Below, in pieces: positions 62,878 through 64,000 of a stretch of 64,000 nucleotides of DNA (positions are counted from its first letter, which is position 1; the number at the start of each line of letters is the position of its first letter). The stretch covers positions 49,228,001-49,292,000 of the forward strand of contig NC_043014.1 in assembly GCF_006345805.1 (NCBI RefSeq). The letters run 5' to 3'. Origin of the DNA: Octopus sinensis. Lineage: Eukaryota. The position numbers and the translations under genes were made by a program. The notes under the pieces were generated by a model. That model was not told the DNA's origin. It did no database searches and saw only the letters and a list, made by a program, of their open reading frames with translations.

Positions 62878-63148
62878 TAATAAATTAATAAATAAATAAA
62901 ACATATGCATATATACATACATATATGTACGTACCTACCTCTACATGTATATATACATGCATATATGGGTACAGGACACTAATAAAACGTCGAACACAAT
63001 GAGAAATGAAAACATAAACACAAAACCAAAGAACTGGACATTTTTCTTAAACAACGAAAAAATAGAGTACAGGACATACAAAACAAGAAAAATTCCCCTT
63101 CTTCAGTCGCCTTTGTTTCATCTACTCCATGTTTCAAAGGTCAAGGCG

Positions 63149-63179
<31 letters not shown>

Positions 63180-63690
63180 ATTATATGTCACACCACACAC
63201 ACATGCACATATCATCATTGTCATTCAATATCTGTGTTTCATTCTGGTATGGGTTGGATAGTCTGACAGGACCTGACAAGCCCGAGGGCTTCATTGGGTT
63301 CCATTGTCTGCTCTGACATGGTTTCTATGGCTGAATACCCTTTCTAATGCCAGCTACATTAAAGAGTGCACTGGGTGTGTTTGACACTAGTAACATCACC
63401 AAGTAACCCGCAAGACCAGACCCCTTGACAGAGTAGGGGTTTAGTATTGAGAGAGGTGGCTTTGTGCCAAGTGTTGAGAGTCAGTCTGTCTGTCTGTCTC
63501 TGTCTGTTTGTCTCTCACACACACAGACATTTGTTATGTTCAGATTTGGTGAGTGATGGACTTTGCCATGTCTAGGTACATCAAAGATACATCTTATATA
63601 TGTCGTCACGGTGCCCCTATGACCCCATCAAGGAGATAAGGGTCCACCAAGATAAGCAAAATACCTTACATATTTTGTTTTCTTTTCCAG

Positions 63691-63738
63691 AACACTGACA
63701 ATGCCTCTGAATTGGTTCATCCGATGATAGAACGGAAG
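63691..63738 (+). CDS. HDAC10: HDAC10-like coding exon 17 (gene continues past the window)
   Basis: TTTTCTTTTCCAG acceptor, GTAATT donor; NTDNASELVHPMIERK; only the phase-0 frame is open, matching exon 16. Confidence 0.65.
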
Positions 63739-63849
63739 GTAATTAGCCTGCATTTTTATATTTCAGAATTGTAAAAAGGATAAATTGTTCTCTTGTGACA
63801 TAAACAACAGCAACTAGCATATTTTCATTTGAATATGTCAGAATGTTTA

Positions 63850-64000
63850 CTCTTTTACTTGTTTCAGTCATTTGACTGTGGCCATGCTGGAGCACCGCCT
63901 TTAGTCGAGCAAATCAACCCCAGGACTTTTTCTTTGTAAGCCTAGTACTTATTCTATTGGTCTCTTTTGCCAAACCGCTAAGTTACAGGGACGTAAACAC
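63850..64000 (-). mobile_element. SINE family A, 3' part (cut by the window edge)
   Basis: TACTCTTTTACTTGTTTCAGTCATTTGACTG... Confidence 0.9.

Noticed and set aside
63544-63580. Candidate exon CAG|ATTTGG...TAG|GTAC
   Set aside because: Stop codons in all three frames.

Overview
Eukaryotic, intron-rich, about 35% GC, repeat-dense DNA. The SINE, RTE and microsatellite landscape is most consistent with an octopus or other coleoid cephalopod (inference). Two protein-coding genes were reconstructed by hand from splice sites and reading phase, arranged head-to-head around a promoter of at most 158 bp (23981-24138). CTF8/CHTF8 is on the minus strand (3 coding exons, 122 aa, complete). A class IIb histone/polyamine deacetylase, most like HDAC10, is on the plus strand (probable non-coding exon 1, then 17 coding exons giving 481 aa; it runs off the right edge). 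The rest is mobile DNA: at least four tRNA-headed SINE families, 3' fragments of RTE, CR1/L2 and Tx1/L1 LINEs, non-autonomous Helitrons, piggyBac-, Merlin- and Mutator-type MITEs, pogo and maT transposase relics, and many simple and higher-order tandem repeats. The most unusual items are hammerhead-ribozyme-like motifs around a 6x114-bp array (7985-8957, plus one at 45263-45342), a two-module A-tract/32-bp composite satellite (3312-4281), a tandem tRNA-headed unit (47580-48322), and the mixed HDAC6/HDAC10 active-site signature. No CRISPR array, rRNA or intact tRNA gene was seen. Most TE boundaries are approximate.
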